A program made the position numbers and the translations under genes. From NCBI GenBank assembly GCA_012295275.1, contig CM022669.1, positions 1,736,001 through 1,800,000 on the forward strand: a DNA stretch of 64,000 nt, written 5' to 3'. Position 1 is the stretch's first letter; every line of letters begins with the position of its first letter. Positions 1 through 15,349 of this stretch are shown in pieces. The notes below the pieces were generated by a model. The model was not told the DNA's origin, made no database searches, and was given only the letters and a program-made list of their open reading frames with translations. Source of the DNA: Chrysomallon squamiferum. Taxonomy: Eukaryota > Animalia > Mollusca.

Positions 1-1217
1 ACAAGGTCATATTAAAGTAACTGATAAATATGATTGAGAAAAAGCCTAACAGAGCTTTTTTCCTTAGAACTCTCACACTGATACTAGAGATGAACACAAT
101 TTTCTATGTAATATTGATTTATTTATGTAAAACTGCAACACACCACTTTTGCTACAAATACAGAACAGAAACCACAGCCACACAATTACACCAAAGCAAA
201 CATAACAGAGTCACAATCTATAATATCCTCCAGCATCCACTGAACATTTTTCTGTTGTACAATTGAAACATGAGATCTGTACTAAAGGTTACTTATGTAT
301 CAACAAGTTTCAGCAGAGCAGTAAAAGCACAGTATTCACATATACATAATTATACATATTTACAGATAGCTGTAGACTTATGACCATGTTCCATTCTGAC
401 CAGTTGGTCATTTGTCAATTTGGACACGAGTCAGACATCAATAAATCAATATTGATAGAATCCATATTATTAAGATATTGTATGTAGTTACATTATCTCA
501 ACCTTTTTTTGAGTAAACCCCTTAATTAGTTTAAATCAAAAACAGTTTCACACTACAATGTGTTTAATACTTGCTACAAAAAAACCCAAATATTTAATGA
601 TCACTGGCATTAGGAAATATACCAAAAATGTTGCTGTGCTGGGTAGATGGTGAAGTTGTTGCAAACATACTGAACTTAGTCTCGTAAATCTTGCAATAAG
701 GATTAAAAGCACCAATGTTGGCAGAGTACAAATGATAATATAAGCTGCAGCAATCTGAATGACTTCCATAAACACTTTATAAAAATTAAGTGGCCTTGAT
801 GCCCCGCCCCAACATTTCTAATGCAAAATTAATTTGTCATGCCTTAAAAAAAATTAAAATTCACATCCTGTATCATATGCAGACCTTTATACTGCAGTGC
901 TATAAACAGTGGCAGGAAGATATGATGAACAGATACATTTCTAGCTTTTGGGGATAGCACTTTGTTATTTATTTAACACACATACCACATACACACACAC
1001 ACAGTGATGATTCAGTGTTACGTCTTTAGTGTTTTGTTACAGGTTTAAATCTTTGAAGACCATTCTTGAAATGCTTTTTATTTCAAAATAACAAATTAAT
1101 TATTTTGTTTTGATGTATAATATAACAACAAAACCAAAATACGTTAATCTACAGCTTTTGACTGGTAAGATGAGTAATAAAACAGTTTTTATCTTTCTCT
1201 CTGTATTTACACAACAC

Positions 1218-1218
<1 letters not shown>

Positions 1219-1264
<46 letters not shown>
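1219..1264. repeat. (CA)n microsatellite
   Basis: Directly visible. Confidence 0.95.
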
Positions 1265-1265
<1 letters not shown>

Positions 1266-3849
1266 ACATCACATACACACAGGAGGTCCTCAACCTATGT
1301 CTTCCTCAACATGCACTGTTTTGACTATAAGGCAGTAATCCCATAAGTAATTTAAAATTTAAAAGATAAATTTTGGCTTGAGCAGCTTGATGTAAAATTT
1401 AAATGTCGCAGGTGAACTTGTTTCTGAGTGTGGCTGAAGAATATGCTTGGGTCTCAGCATACACTCTTTGGGCACATTCTTTGGGTGCTGTATGTTTTGT
1501 TTACATCAGCTCTCTCACTTTTGTGTTTGTATTCTCCCTTTCATTTTCCTATGGCCTGAATTTCAAAAATGTCTTGATATATACATTTGATTTTAGAGTG
1601 TTTTAGGTTAGATAAGTGATTTAGGCTATGGTAATATTCCATTGTGTGTTAAAACTGCCTTACATCGGTCCGTACGAATGGATCCCCGACGTAACTCTAG
1701 AACCCCCTGTATATATACATATGACTTTGCTAAAATAAGTATTGTTTTTTGTTGTTCAGCATGTCATTTTATTTATTATGTGTGTTTGTGTGTGTGTGTG
1801 TGTTATGTGTGTGTGCAACTGAATGTGTGCATATTTTAAGTATTTATGCATATCATTTGTTTAAGTATATTTTTTATGTATGTGTGTGTCTGTATGTTTG
1901 TTTGAATGCATATGTCTGTGTCTGTATCTACCTATATATATATATATGTCAGTTACATACATAGGTCTATGGCGTTATGAAAACTATATATACATATATC
2001 TATATCTGTGTATGTACATATGTATATATGTGTGTATGTATGAACAATGATTTTTAATGTATATACCACTGATATTAATCTTTACAGGCAATAAACAGTG
2101 CAGAGATCATCTACTGATGCACCCTAGCGTGTTTCATGCTTTACTGAACAAAACCCAGCTTATTTTATTTACCAGAATTCTTTTCACATTCGTACTTTTA
2201 ATTGTGGATTTTCTTTTCATATGATTTTCACAAAAGGTTGTTTGTTTGCTTTCTTGTTTCTTTTTAAAATTCTTTTTACTTATTTCTTTTATGTTCTTAC
2301 TTACAGAAAACTTTCACTGTTTTTCATTGAATTTAGCATCTTTTCTGTTGTACTGTTCAGTTATTTTGGGAGTGTTTCATTCTCTTATTTTTTTAATGAA
2401 ATTATTTTATTTACACATTTTAATCTTACACTATATTAAATTCTGTCAATCTTTACACAAACACACACACACACATACAGACACACATATAGCAAACTAT
2501 CTCAATACAGAATGCCAAGACATGGGTCCTGATTTTCTCTATATAATAATATAATAATTTGCAGGTGTATTTTAAACCTTGGGGTTAAAACACATACGGT
2601 ATCTTGAAAGTCATATATGTACCATACATTTTTCTTGAAGTTGAAAAATACTTCTTGTTAATAAAAATAAAAAATTATATAAAATGTCTTATCGTCTTCT
2701 TTCGTCATTATAGAAAATTTTCTAATTATTATTTGCAGTGGATTATGTAGTGGTTTAAATTATAATCTCTGCTTTCTTTATATCCAAACGTTAATTAATT
2801 GTTCTGACCAATATTGTCAAATAAAAATAATTTGCTTAATACTGAAATTGCGCATGTGATCAAAAGTAGATTATAAGTGAGATTGGGTAACTAATGTGTG
2901 TGTGTGTGTGTGTGTGAACAAGGAACAGGAATAGGTATGATTAAAATTAAATAATTTCAAGTTTTTAAGAAATAATTCTGAAAAAACGTATAAGTGTGAT
3001 ATTCAGTCATCTAGTGTGAGAACCAATGAACATTTCCAAGCACTGTTCAAACCATCGAACTTTGTTGTGAAAACAGATCTCACTGACAGAATACCAAGCA
3101 GTCAAAAGTTACAGACATTTTCTGGAATTTTGAAGTTAGAACATTTGTATTAGCTCTTAGATAATATAGTTTCTGTTCTTAAACATATGCAGTATTTTTA
3201 TAAATTATACATATTTCAAAGTGTTTAAGAATGTTGTATTTGAATTTAGTGATATTGATAATGCTGAACAAGGTAATGTTCCAAAAGAAATGTATTAAAA
3301 TATATGGAAGAGATCAAATGTCCAAATATTTATACAGTAAGTCAATAACCTTTGAAACTTTGAAAATGTTCCAAATACTTTTACAGATTATCAACATTAG
3401 TTTTTGACTGTGGCATAACTTTATCTACTGACAGATGCTTGGTTTCAGATGTTTAGACACATATTAAGACTGATTATAAAAAAATGTTTCCAGCTGATTC
3501 AATTTTTTAACACCAAATGTAATAATCTAATTACATGTTAGTATTTTTTGGATGCTATTTGATTTAAGATGTATATTTTTGGATAAATTTAAAATGTGTT
3601 TTTCCATATTTACTATTTATTATCATATATACTGTTTTGATCATTATGTGCTCATGATTGAATTTTCATTTTTTTTCAAACCAGTTTAGGTGTTGAAAAT
3701 CAAGTAAAAAATTATTATTATTCTTAAAACATAACTTTCTATTATTACTATTATTATAAATATAAATAATTAAAATTATTTTAAAAGTAAGTAAATGAAA
3801 CAAATTTAAATTAAAACAGATTTAAAAAAAAAAGAAGAGAAACCAATAC

Positions 3850-3948
3850 CTGTGGATCTGAAGCCAGTGTTCTATGATAATATGTACTAGGCTGTACTGA
3901 CCGCTTGGCTACCTTTCTGTGCTGGAAATGGTAATAATCAGGCATTAT
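3850..3948 (-). CDS. FURIN: Furin-like convertase, second coding exon (propeptide, internal KR cleavage site); gene continues off the left edge
   Basis: tttcag|IMPDYYHFQHRKVAKRSVQPSTYYHRTLASDPQ|gtattg, 99 nt, phase 0/0. Matches the human furin exon IFGDYYHFWHRGVTKRSLSPHRPRHSRLQREPQ. Confidence 0.9.
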
Positions 3949-6614
3949 CTGAAAGAAACAAACAAAGTGTCAGTCATGATTCATACACTAATACTTTTAA
4001 TCAGAAAGTGCAAATTGATGAAATGATTCAGTGGATCTTTAAATACCATTTTTCTTCAACTTACATTATATTAGATAAGTTTTAATTCAGAATTACATTT
4101 ATAGACATATTAGTTACTTCCGTAATGCTTCAGTATCTTGTTTATAGAACACCTCTCTAACAGGTATTAGTTTGTAATGTATAACTTTATACTTTATCAA
4201 TAGAAGTGTTCATATATGTACTATATAAATTAGTATTCAACTTGATGTGTATGACTACATAAGTTAAAACAAATAATTGCTATATATCATCCAAAGGACA
4301 GTCAACTTTAGAAACTGTAGAAGAAAGTTTAAAAAACATAGCTTCAAGAGGCAGTTTCAACTCTTTAAGATGACATTATTTTAAGATGGAACAATTTCAA
4401 TAATTGTACATCCTGCCTATTTATGCATGCAACTTAACTTTATAGGACAGTACCAACATAACTATGATAAATTTCAAAAATGGCCTGTCAAACAGATAAA
4501 GATTTATTCTAAAATCCATATTACCTCAGACTAGACCTCTAAAAACTGAGCTACCTTTTCATCCAGCTGTCATTATTATAACACTTTAGAGCTAAAGATA
4601 AATAAATCTATTGCAGTATTTAAATATATGTAATGTTTATGACAAAACTGAAGTAACTGTTAACTGTTTACTTATATCTAAACCGAGAGTTATTTGCATC
4701 ATTTTATCCCTAACGATGTTGTGAATTATGAGATATTAATTTTTAAAAATGACATTTATTCAGTCTGGCTTTTCTCTGTAATAATATATATATTACTTAC
4801 ATTATAACAACTGTTAAGTAGATGTATCAACAAACTGTATTTTATGTTGTAAACATACACAAATATGAAGAGTCAAAATTATAATTTTAAACCACTTTAT
4901 TTTTGAAGATGTTTTAAAAGGTTTATTTGTGAATGTGTTGTTTGCTTTTGGAATCGTTTTTTTTTTTTTTTTTTTTTTTTTCTTCTTATCTTTCTTTTTT
5001 TCCAATCAGGTAAGTTTATTTTCATTAATTCCTTGTAATAATAACATTTACCACTGTAAGAAATACCACCGTAAATTTCTTGCTTGTTTCTTAATATTCA
5101 ACATTTACACCATGATATTCTCCTTGTGATCCAGGTTTTCCTACTTGATGGTTATAACAGCTGTGTAAAGCACATCTTTCCAACATGTACCTGCAATTCT
5201 GCTTTTTTCAAAAATACAACACCTATTAACTGTCATCTACATATAAAATATCTCTGCTGAAAATGTTGAATAACCCACTAACTAAACTCATGTCTGAAAG
5301 ACAACAATATCTATATCAACTTCATATTCCTTATAATATCCTTCATTGTATTTTCCCAGCTCATGTTTGCCTTTCACTGGTATCTCCCATAATGCTGCAT
5401 GTTAACTGAAAAGGAAATACAATGTAAACAGAATGAGATATGTGTAATAAGGAGAAGATCCAGCTGTTGTGTCTCTCAATACATACAAATGATGGATTTC
5501 TAATATAGAGGATCATCTTATAACGAAGAGATACTTGTCAGCTGACACCTTGGAGCAAGAAGAATAAAAAATATGACTCAGCTCCACTGATCTGTATCCT
5601 TGTCCATTCATGTAGAGAAATTATTTAATACCACATCGTCATGACCAGACATTTTTGTTTTTTTGTTTTTTTCTTTTGCTATTTTCTGTGAATACAGTAT
5701 TCTGTTTATCTGTAATGCTTTCTTTGTTATTTACACTTGTGCAGACACATATATGTGAATGCATGTGTTTTCTTTATGTTCCTTTTGTTTGTTTATCTGT
5801 AAGGTCATGTTTCAATTTTTTTAAATTGTTTTTTCAAGAATGCACTGTCTGGTATATATGGGTCCAAAAGTTTATAGGATATATTTTTTTCACAATAAAT
5901 ATCCAGTTCATTCTTGTTTCTTTACTAATTTGATAAAAAAATATATAAATTTTATTATTATTATTAATATTAGCATAACAGTTACTCTGATTAAAATAGA
6001 TTTATTCAGTTTTTATGAATTTTATTCCCCAGTATTTACTTCAAATTTCTAAACAAACCAATTTACAACATTAAACATATATAAAAACATTCTTAAGTAA
6101 AACATGTTTTAATTAAACAATTAAAAAAATAAGAAAATGAAGGAGAAAAGTATGTGCTGATGTTCTCCATTGTTTTCCTCAACTTGCAAATTATATATAT
6201 TCCAAAACAAACGCACTACCACACTTTCATCGGCAGGTGTGGTAATAATAAATGTATTTAGTTACAACTTGGGGAAATTCACAAAAACAGATTTGACCTT
6301 AATTACATGTTTCTTCTTAAACTTTAATAATAAAAGGAAATAAACAGGACAATAGCTGCACATGTGCATATGCATGCAGACACTCATACGTGTGTGCACA
6401 GACACGGTGCTGTTGCATTTTTTACATCAAAGTGTACTTGCTTATTCAATGATATGATGAAGTCTGCACCATTACTTGTACATGTACAGAACCCTATGTC
6501 AGCATGAAAAAGGAAACTAGTTGTAAACATTAAAATATGTGTCAGGATATTAGTTATACATACAAAGGCATGATTAAGAATGCTATGGAGCCTAGACTAT
6601 ATAAATATACACGC

Positions 6615-6800
6615 AACAATGACACAGAGGTATATATCTAAATGTTTAACAGACTTGTTTGTATTAATATATGTCTGAGTATTATACAGATGCATAACAA
6701 TGGTACAGAGGTATGTGTCAAAATGTTACAGACCATTAGTTTATAAAGATGTATCTACATGTCAGATGATGCATAGATATGTGGTCAAAATGATATCCAG
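6615..6800 (+). repeat. Degenerate ~80-bp tandem repeat, 2-3 copies
   Basis: ACAATGACACAGAGGTATATATCTAAATGTTTAACAGAC vs ACAATGGTACAGAGGTATGTGTCAAAATGTTACAGAC. Confidence 0.5.
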
Positions 6801-9800
6801 TTTTGGCTGTAGCTGTCAACTGCACAGATATATGTATGAGAAAGTAATAGATACTTAGTTGGACAAACAGAGAAATAATTCAACATTATACACTATATGT
6901 TATACAGTCAGGGGTATACATGCCATATAACACTAGATATATACATATATCTCTGTAAAATGTGTTAAAATTAGCATGTTTGTATTTTTCTTTTTTTCTT
7001 TAAATATAAATACTTTCTAATACAATGTATTTTTGCTTACAAATTAATATAATGTAATAACGTTTCAATTTTAAACTTTCCTAACAATTATTAACTGATT
7101 TATTTATTTGTTTTTCATCTATTCTGCACTCTGATAGTTATAATAATCAATGTCAGTTCAAGAAGATCAACAGGTAATACTATTTTAGGAACATTTCTCA
7201 ATGTCACTACTGAATGCTGCATTTGCTAATACTAAGGCTGTGATAAGGCTGCTTCATATTTGGATTTTTTTATCAGTTTTAATCTCAAACATGTTATATT
7301 TGGATATTGATTCAATTGTTATTAAAATAAAGTTATTTATTTATGCCATTTTAATTTTTGACATATTGCAAATAGTGCTGAAGTAACCATTCAATCATTC
7401 CAAGAAATCATATACTCATCTATCACCAAGCAGTTTAGTAGTGAAAAATTCAGTACAGGTATATCATTTTTTAATTTTTAATTTTTTTATGTCCTCTTTC
7501 TATTTAAAACAATACATTTTATTTATTTACTATTGTTTATATTTGAATGAAATGTTGAAAATGGATGTTCTCTTGCCATAGATTATTACCAGGTGATGCT
7601 GGCATTTGAAGATTATAATAAAATGGATCTGTTCTGCCTTTTCACTCTTTTTATTAAACTTCTTGAAAATAATTTTATTTTTTAAAATGTTTTAGTCAGG
7701 GTAGAATACAGATAAAAACTAACTCTATTTTTATATTTGTGGACACCACTAAATGTAAGCATTTACAGATTCTTTGCTAACATGTTCAAGTTTAAATCAG
7801 AGTAGTTTCATCTCCTAGAAGTTCAATTTCCATAATAAGTATAACCCAGTCAACAGTATGTATATATCTAAAAGTCACTAATAGTGAAAGTCATGGAAGG
7901 ATATGAGACGAAATAAGAAATTTTTATTATTTTTATATTTTAAAGTTACTTTTTATTTATTTTTAATGACCATTATTTTATTCTATACTTTTTATTTATT
8001 TTTTTTTTTTTTTTAATGTATATAAATTTTGGTAAACTAATACCCAAAACCAAATAACATACAGAAAGGTATGTACTGAATACATTAACCTGTATATTTT
8101 ATTTTGTATCGCAGTAATACAAATCAATAAACAGGTGATGATTTCAGCAATGGAATAGTGGAACATGATATTGTGTTAGTTATATAACAAAGAGTTCCAG
8201 TTAAGGGAGATAATTTCCTTTGTTACAGGTTTAATGAGGTGTTCCAACCACTGGGGTATTACTCATAATCATCAGCTATTCGTGGCAGAGAATTAGATCC
8301 TTCTAGTTAATATCCCAACTTTGATAGGAAAAAATGTAAACTGTAAACAACTATAATTACTAAGGCTTTTTTTTTATAACTATTTCAAGCATTTGTGGAA
8401 TTTTAAATGTTAGTTAAGATAAAAGTCTTTAAAATATTATGGCACAGTTTGTTGGTTGTTTTTTTATTTGCAAAATGATAAAACACATATATATAAAGAG
8501 TGAAAGAAGACAGAAGTAAAACACACAGAAATACACAAAATAGATGTGTATACATATATAATCATAATGTATTTAATTCAAAATTGAACACTTTATAAGT
8601 TTATATACAATTAGAGAAGAATTATTTAGAATTACATATTTTTGGTTTAGTTGCTGTATTGAAGAATCACTAGATTTTTCTGTAAAATAAGAATAAATAT
8701 AGATGTTACAAATACTAATTTTATTCTTTTTAACATAAAAGATAATTGTTTATCTTTCTGTATGTTTTCCATGTGATTTGCCAATTTGCACTATCTTAAA
8801 ATTAGCTGCATATTCTTTTGACTGGTAAAACGTAGCATTCTTGAGATCACACAAGACAAATCAAGTAGAATTTATGCATGTCCTAATCTGAAAACATTCT
8901 TGCTTAAGAAATATTTTTCTAGCCAGAATGATTATATCTTTGAGTTTAATAATAATAACAATAATAATAATAATAATAATGATATTCCAATGGAAACAAC
9001 TGTGAAAACAATGTTTCATTACACTGATGTTCTTGCAACACTCAAAAGATGCTTTATGATTATTTCTGTTTGGAATATCAACTGAGAATACGTCTGTATA
9101 TTAGAGAATATAATTATAGATGTTGCAAATAGTTAAATCTAAAGGAAAAAACTGGAATTTGAACATTTTAGTTATTATCATTATCAAAAACTGAAAGACA
9201 TTCATATATGCATGTATGCAAGTCATAATTATTAACAGGATAATAAGTAAGCATGTATTTTCAGCAATTGTATTAAAATATTTTTCATTGCTATCACTTC
9301 TCATTGTGATAAACATTAAAGATGATTTCAAACACATTTTTTCTATGATACATTTCATGTTTGCAAGTATTGCCACTTGTTCTGATTCCAATCTGAATAC
9401 TACAAGATAAAAATAATAGAAATCAAGTACAATATGAATGATTCAGTGAAAAGATACAGTGGAACATAAGTGCACCAGTGATAAAATATTTTAAAAAATA
9501 AATATATACTCAAAATTCACTTTAAGCATTGATAACATCAAAACAACACTTTTGGGTATGTAAAGATTTGCTGTTTTCTCTTTATTCCTTCCAACCAGTT
9601 CATGTTACACATTTCACAGACAGCATCAAACAATTTTTAAATAAAATAATCAGGAAGAACCTGAATTGACAAATTTTATTTTTACTTGTAATATAATAAA
9701 AACATTAAATTTAATACTTGTGACACATTTGCATTCCATATGATACTAATCTAGAAACTTTCAAAACTGGGACTGAAATGTTGTTTACAGCTGTTCCCAT

Positions 9801-11918
9801 AGTTTATAGTTAGGCCTATTCTATGTGGCAGGTCCGCACTGCAAGACAGTGCAGGATTGGTAAAAAGCACAACTTGAGAATACTGTATGTTTTACTAACT
9901 GTAACAATGTGCAATGCAAATTGTCAGACTGACAAATTGTGAGGAACATGTGCATTATCTGTAAGTATAAACAATGGATTTTGAACATAAATTATCTAAT
10001 GAGGAAAAGTCAAATTTTAAATTGCTAATACTGGCATACAGAACATAATATCATGTTTATTTTATTTGTGGTTGTCCAGTCTACCTAAAAAAATACCATC
10101 CATACATACAACCACATAACTGAATTCATTAAATTTTTAGATACAATCATAATATATATATTTTCTGATATACCATAAGTCAACAAAACAAATTTCAGTT
10201 TGAAAACCAAAGCACGTGTTCACAAGATGAATATATTTATCCATATACAATAACACCCAAAATACTATTTATCATAAAATGCACATACTGTCATACACAC
10301 AATAAAATGCTGGAAATGGTTACAGTGTTTTCACAAAAAGAAATGCCATGCAACCAATGAAAACACTGTCATGTAATATGAAAACAATGTCACTTTCTGA
10401 TGATGATAATGCAATGTGCTACTCCAATGACCACAACATATGAATGATGTCACTCTCCAATGAGAGTAATGTTTATTATTATCTGACATCAAAATCAACC
10501 AGCCAAATCCACATGGACACAAGTTTACACCTGTCAATTTCTTGATGTTATCAACCTCCACTCCAGCTCTCTGGCAACCATAGCTCGGAGATGACCTTGC
10601 TGCAATACTCTAATTCTAAAACAGCCCAAATAATGTCTGACATGGAATATAATATTTGGTCCACTGCTTAAATACTGCATGTGTATTTATATTTTTAAAA
10701 AAGGTGAAACTGTCTTTTTCCTTATTGGCCGTTGAACATCCGTATTGCAGCAAACATGTTAAGTATGACATGTATATGCATAGCCTTGCACATACATCTC
10801 CAAAAAAAAAAAAAAATTGTGTGGTGATTAAAATAAAGATATCTGACCTATCCTTCTTGACTAAACACTTTAAAATAATAATTTAAAAAATAATATATAG
10901 ATGTGCCAGTCTTGCCATATGACAATGTTGAACTCTATGAACAATATTACAAAAGATATTATATCACCAAAAACAAAAATCAGTTTCACTTCATTCAGCT
11001 GAAAAACCAAATTCAGAAGTGATTTTGTACATTATTGGTAGGACAAACAGAATAATACTTAAGCTGAATATCATAAAGTTCAATGCACTTTACTTTTTTT
11101 GTTGTTTTTTATTTTTGGCTTTTGTTTTTGTTTTATTGTTGTTGTTGTTCGTTTTGAAATGGGAAAGGAATGTAAAATATGGATTTCTGCCATTTTAAAA
11201 CAACCCCCCCCCCATAAAACAACGACAACAAAAACAAACAGCTAAAAATTAAGACATTTTGTGTGATCAATGAGGCATTTTGCACAATAAGAGAAATTAG
11301 CAGGGGAAACTGTATAATCTGGCCTATGGTGATAACAGTAGCTCATCGGGATATTTCAAGATACACGTCAGTGTAGTTTTATGATGTGAAAACTACAACC
11401 TAGCTCACCAGTAATTCCCAAAACAATTGTTTGAAAGCCATAAATTGGCTTGTGAACCAAAAGTATAAAATGAAAACCTTTGAGCCAATGTCACTTCGCT
11501 TTAAAACACTCAGTAAATGAGTATGCCTGTCTCCTTTATATAGCAAACAATAAAATGTTTCAGATACAACCATAGAATGCTATAAACCATAGCATGTTGG
11601 CTATCCGTCATTATTAATACAAATATAAAAATGTTTCCATCCACACATACATGCACTACACATTTTTAATTTGTTTTTAAGAAAAAGCAATGAAAAATAA
11701 ACAATATACACATATTTAACATTACATGAACTTATAGAATATATTTCTTAATAGTGTAATATGTCAGTTAATTATTGCAGATATAAAATATTAGTAACTG
11801 TTGTTATAAAGACACATGAATTCTGTATATTAAACAATTCAAGACAAAGATATATATATGTTCACTTTATTATGTAAACTGAAACAATGTAAATAAATAA
11901 TAACCAATTTTAATGTGT

Positions 11919-11919
<1 letters not shown>

Positions 11920-11963
<44 letters not shown>
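11920..11963. repeat. (CA)n microsatellite
   Basis: Directly visible. Confidence 0.95.
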
Positions 11964-11964
<1 letters not shown>

Positions 11965-12384
11965 GAATTCAGTTTATTAGATCACACTTTTCTCAGCTTA
12001 AAAACGTGTATCTCAGTATATTCTAGGAGCCATGGAAACTCAGATTGTTGATAAGTGTGATGGGTCTGGCCATGTTAAGAACATTAACAACATTTCTCTT
12101 GAAAACAAGAAAAAAAAACATTTGGAAAAGACACAAGTAATGTGTATGAATAATCATAGATCCATAAGTTCATGCAAATTCTTATTCAGATTTGCTGTAC
12201 AAAAAAAAAAAAATGTAATGAAGATATGTCTGTCATTGTCAGGTCTATTTGAATTAAATATTTATGTATAAAGATTGGTTGTACAAATACATAGTCATCA
12301 TGAACACAGATATATTGAATCTATATTGTTGGTATCACTTATTTAATACAACACAAACCTATATTTAGATTTTTTTAGACAGTA

Positions 12385-12669
12385 TTTTATTGTGACCTTT
12401 TGGTTTAGTTATTATTACAAACTAACCTCACTAATGACATTAAGTCTCAGGACAGAATTATCTGTAAATGTCAATGTTATGTCTTAATTGACAACCATAC
12501 AATAATATAGACTATATCTAAATAACTTTTAACATGATATAATTAGTGTTGTGTTATATCTACATAACCCATGATATCATAATTACAAATTAATTAGCTG
12601 TAATCTATATTTATTATTACTGATGGATGTGAGTGTATAATATAACTAAACCAAAAGGTGAAAATAAAA
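12385..12669. mobile_element. Degenerate MITE-like element (~285 bp) with terminal inverted repeats
   Basis: Perfect 18-bp inverted pair ACCTTTTGGTTTAGTTAT (12395-12412) / ATAACTAAACCAAAAGGT (12642-12659), extending imperfectly outwards and inwards. Confidence 0.6.
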
Positions 12670-15349
12670 GTTTATTTATATTTAAAAAAGAGTGTTGGTG
12701 AAATATAAAAATATATGTGATAAACAGTATATAGAAGAGAACCAGATATTAGATACTGGTTTATTCATCATGTGTTAAGTTCAAAATGCTAAATGGACAG
12801 TGTTTCTTAATGCATTGTAGCCTGGCCATTCTTGAAATCGGACACAGATGTGATATGTATTTACCAGCTGTTTCTATATACAGACCAGTTTTCAGAGCAA
12901 ACATCTGAGTTTAGAATATAACTTTAAGAGTTACAGAAGATGTGCTATAGAATATATTATGTATTTTTCTTTCTTTCACTGTGTGTGACTGTAAGATTGT
13001 ATTAATTTATTTTCATTAAAGAATAAGAATGGTGCAAGTGTACTTATGGCTTTTGAGGAAGACAAATTGTTGTAATGGCAGCAGGGTTAGAATGAGACAT
13101 GGGCAGTTATGACCTTATGGTCATAGCCATTGTTTTAAGTGCACTGTTAATCTGTTAATCAATTTAATGATTTAATTAGTACAGATTTTCCACTGAAATC
13201 CTCTGTCAGTATCTGATGCAATTTAGTCTCTATTTCAACATTTTCACATGCTTTTATAACTCAGTCTAGCCACCTTTGTATGTGTCAGATACAGGGTTTT
13301 TCTTTTACTTCAAAGCTGACTTATGTAAAAGTTCTTTAACTGATGTACAGTGTATATTACTTAAAATATTTTATTTCTTCAATATTGGTAAAACAAGTAA
13401 CAGTTCACTGATATAAACGTATCTGTCACACTTACACACTGTCTGGATCATCACTATCAGTAGGTTGAATACCTTGGAGTGGATGAAAACTGGTCTGTAA
13501 ATAATTCAGATACCTCACTTCTAGCAGTAGCTAATTTACTTGGAAATAGACTGAAGATATTCTGAAGTAACTGGATATACTGAAATAAAGCCCATAAAAA
13601 ACAGAACTCATAAAGGAAATCATCTTTTTAGCTTACATAGATCTGTAACATTACAGTTTATATATGCCTGACATAATGCAGTCTGGAGAAAAAAAAGTTA
13701 AATTCTTCACATCCTTACAAAAAATTAATATTCAGATGGATACACAAAATGGAATAGGAAATATCACCTTGTCGCTGTTTCTATTGGGAAAATAAACTGA
13801 TTACCACTATCCCAAAAAACAACACCCACTTGGACAAAACATTTTAGAAACACAACATTTCAGATAATATTGACATATTTTATTTTGAAGATATGCATCC
13901 AGTATCTTGTTCTTTGGTAAATCATGTGCATTAAAAACTTTGCTGCATCTTAAGATTTTACAAACTGAACAGTGGACAAATATCCTGTTACCTTTGGATC
14001 ATCTAGATAGTCATGTGTTTAATGATATGCATCATGCCATTGCCACATATTACATCTCGTGCATTTTTGATTCATACATAGGACAAAATAGCACTTCTCC
14101 ATGATGTTGTTACTATACTGATGACAAATTACTGAAGAAAGATCATAAACAGATGTTCATTTGGCCACAGAAAGGTTAAAATATATACTTCTATTTATGT
14201 GACAGGTCAGACGTTTCACAAAAAGTATGTGAAACAATAAGTTAAATATATTTACCTCCTAGTACAGCTTATACCATAGCAAAGGTGTTAACTAATTGGA
14301 AATAAAATGGTTACAATTTAGAAAATCAGAGAAAAGGTTCATTAAGAAAGAAGTTCTTAGTTGGACAATGAGGTGGTTTGTATAAACAAAAATTGACAAT
14401 TTCTGAACTAAAGAGAAAAATATCTTATTTCATTGTGTCAAGATAGAGTTATTCCTTCAGAATATCCTCAGTATTATTATAAGATTAATCAGATGGTAAA
14501 GTAAGAGACTGAAAGTGAAAACGATTTAGAATAAAAGATTTAACTTGCAGTGTTGCTCTACACCAGCCATTTTACTGTAATCACCAGAATACAAACTTTT
14601 AGTATCAATTTTAAATACCAGATTGAAAACAAGAGGTGAAGTTTTAATGTAGAAATAATTCTTTTATAACAAATTTAAAAGACTATATCTTAAGATTATA
14701 TCAAATATAATTACATTTGATGTGAGTTATTATTTCGAAAAAATGTTTTTAACTATTTATTAGTTGATATCCTTTGCAAATAATAAAAAAATCTATAAAA
14801 TAACAAATATGAAATATGTTTCACATATATATTTACAGAATATGTCATGATGACATGTATGCCATTATGATCATGACTGTTTGGTTAATATATAAAAACC
14901 AAAAAGATGTTGTGCACTTACAATTTTCTGTTCTTTTAAATGCATCACAATTAACTTTATGCCAAAAAGACTCACAACTTTTCACAACTTTTCACGTTGG
15001 GATTTTCATATGCCTGAATGTTGTAAGAGATTTGGGGGGAAAGGAAGTTGAGCTATAAACAAAACTACTGTGATGAAGTGTTCTGAATATACAAGTTGTT
15101 CAACAAGCTATAAACATGAATAATATAGTTATACTCTATGTAATTACTACAAAAGCAATTTGGACTGTTTATTTTACCTTAATATCAATAGTTTAAAATA
15201 ATAGCCTTTTTACTAGTTAAATTTAGTCTCTTTGTGTAAATGGCAAATTATAATTTTACTACAGCCACACAATAAATACATCTCTATTATCTTAGTATAA
15301 GTATTAAGATATATTATATAGAATAGCATAGAAAACACATTACCAGATA

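Noticed and set aside
14100-14140. C/D-box-like ATGATG...CTGA motifs
   Set aside because: Antisense to the host gene, too short, and no terminal stem or recognisable rRNA guide.
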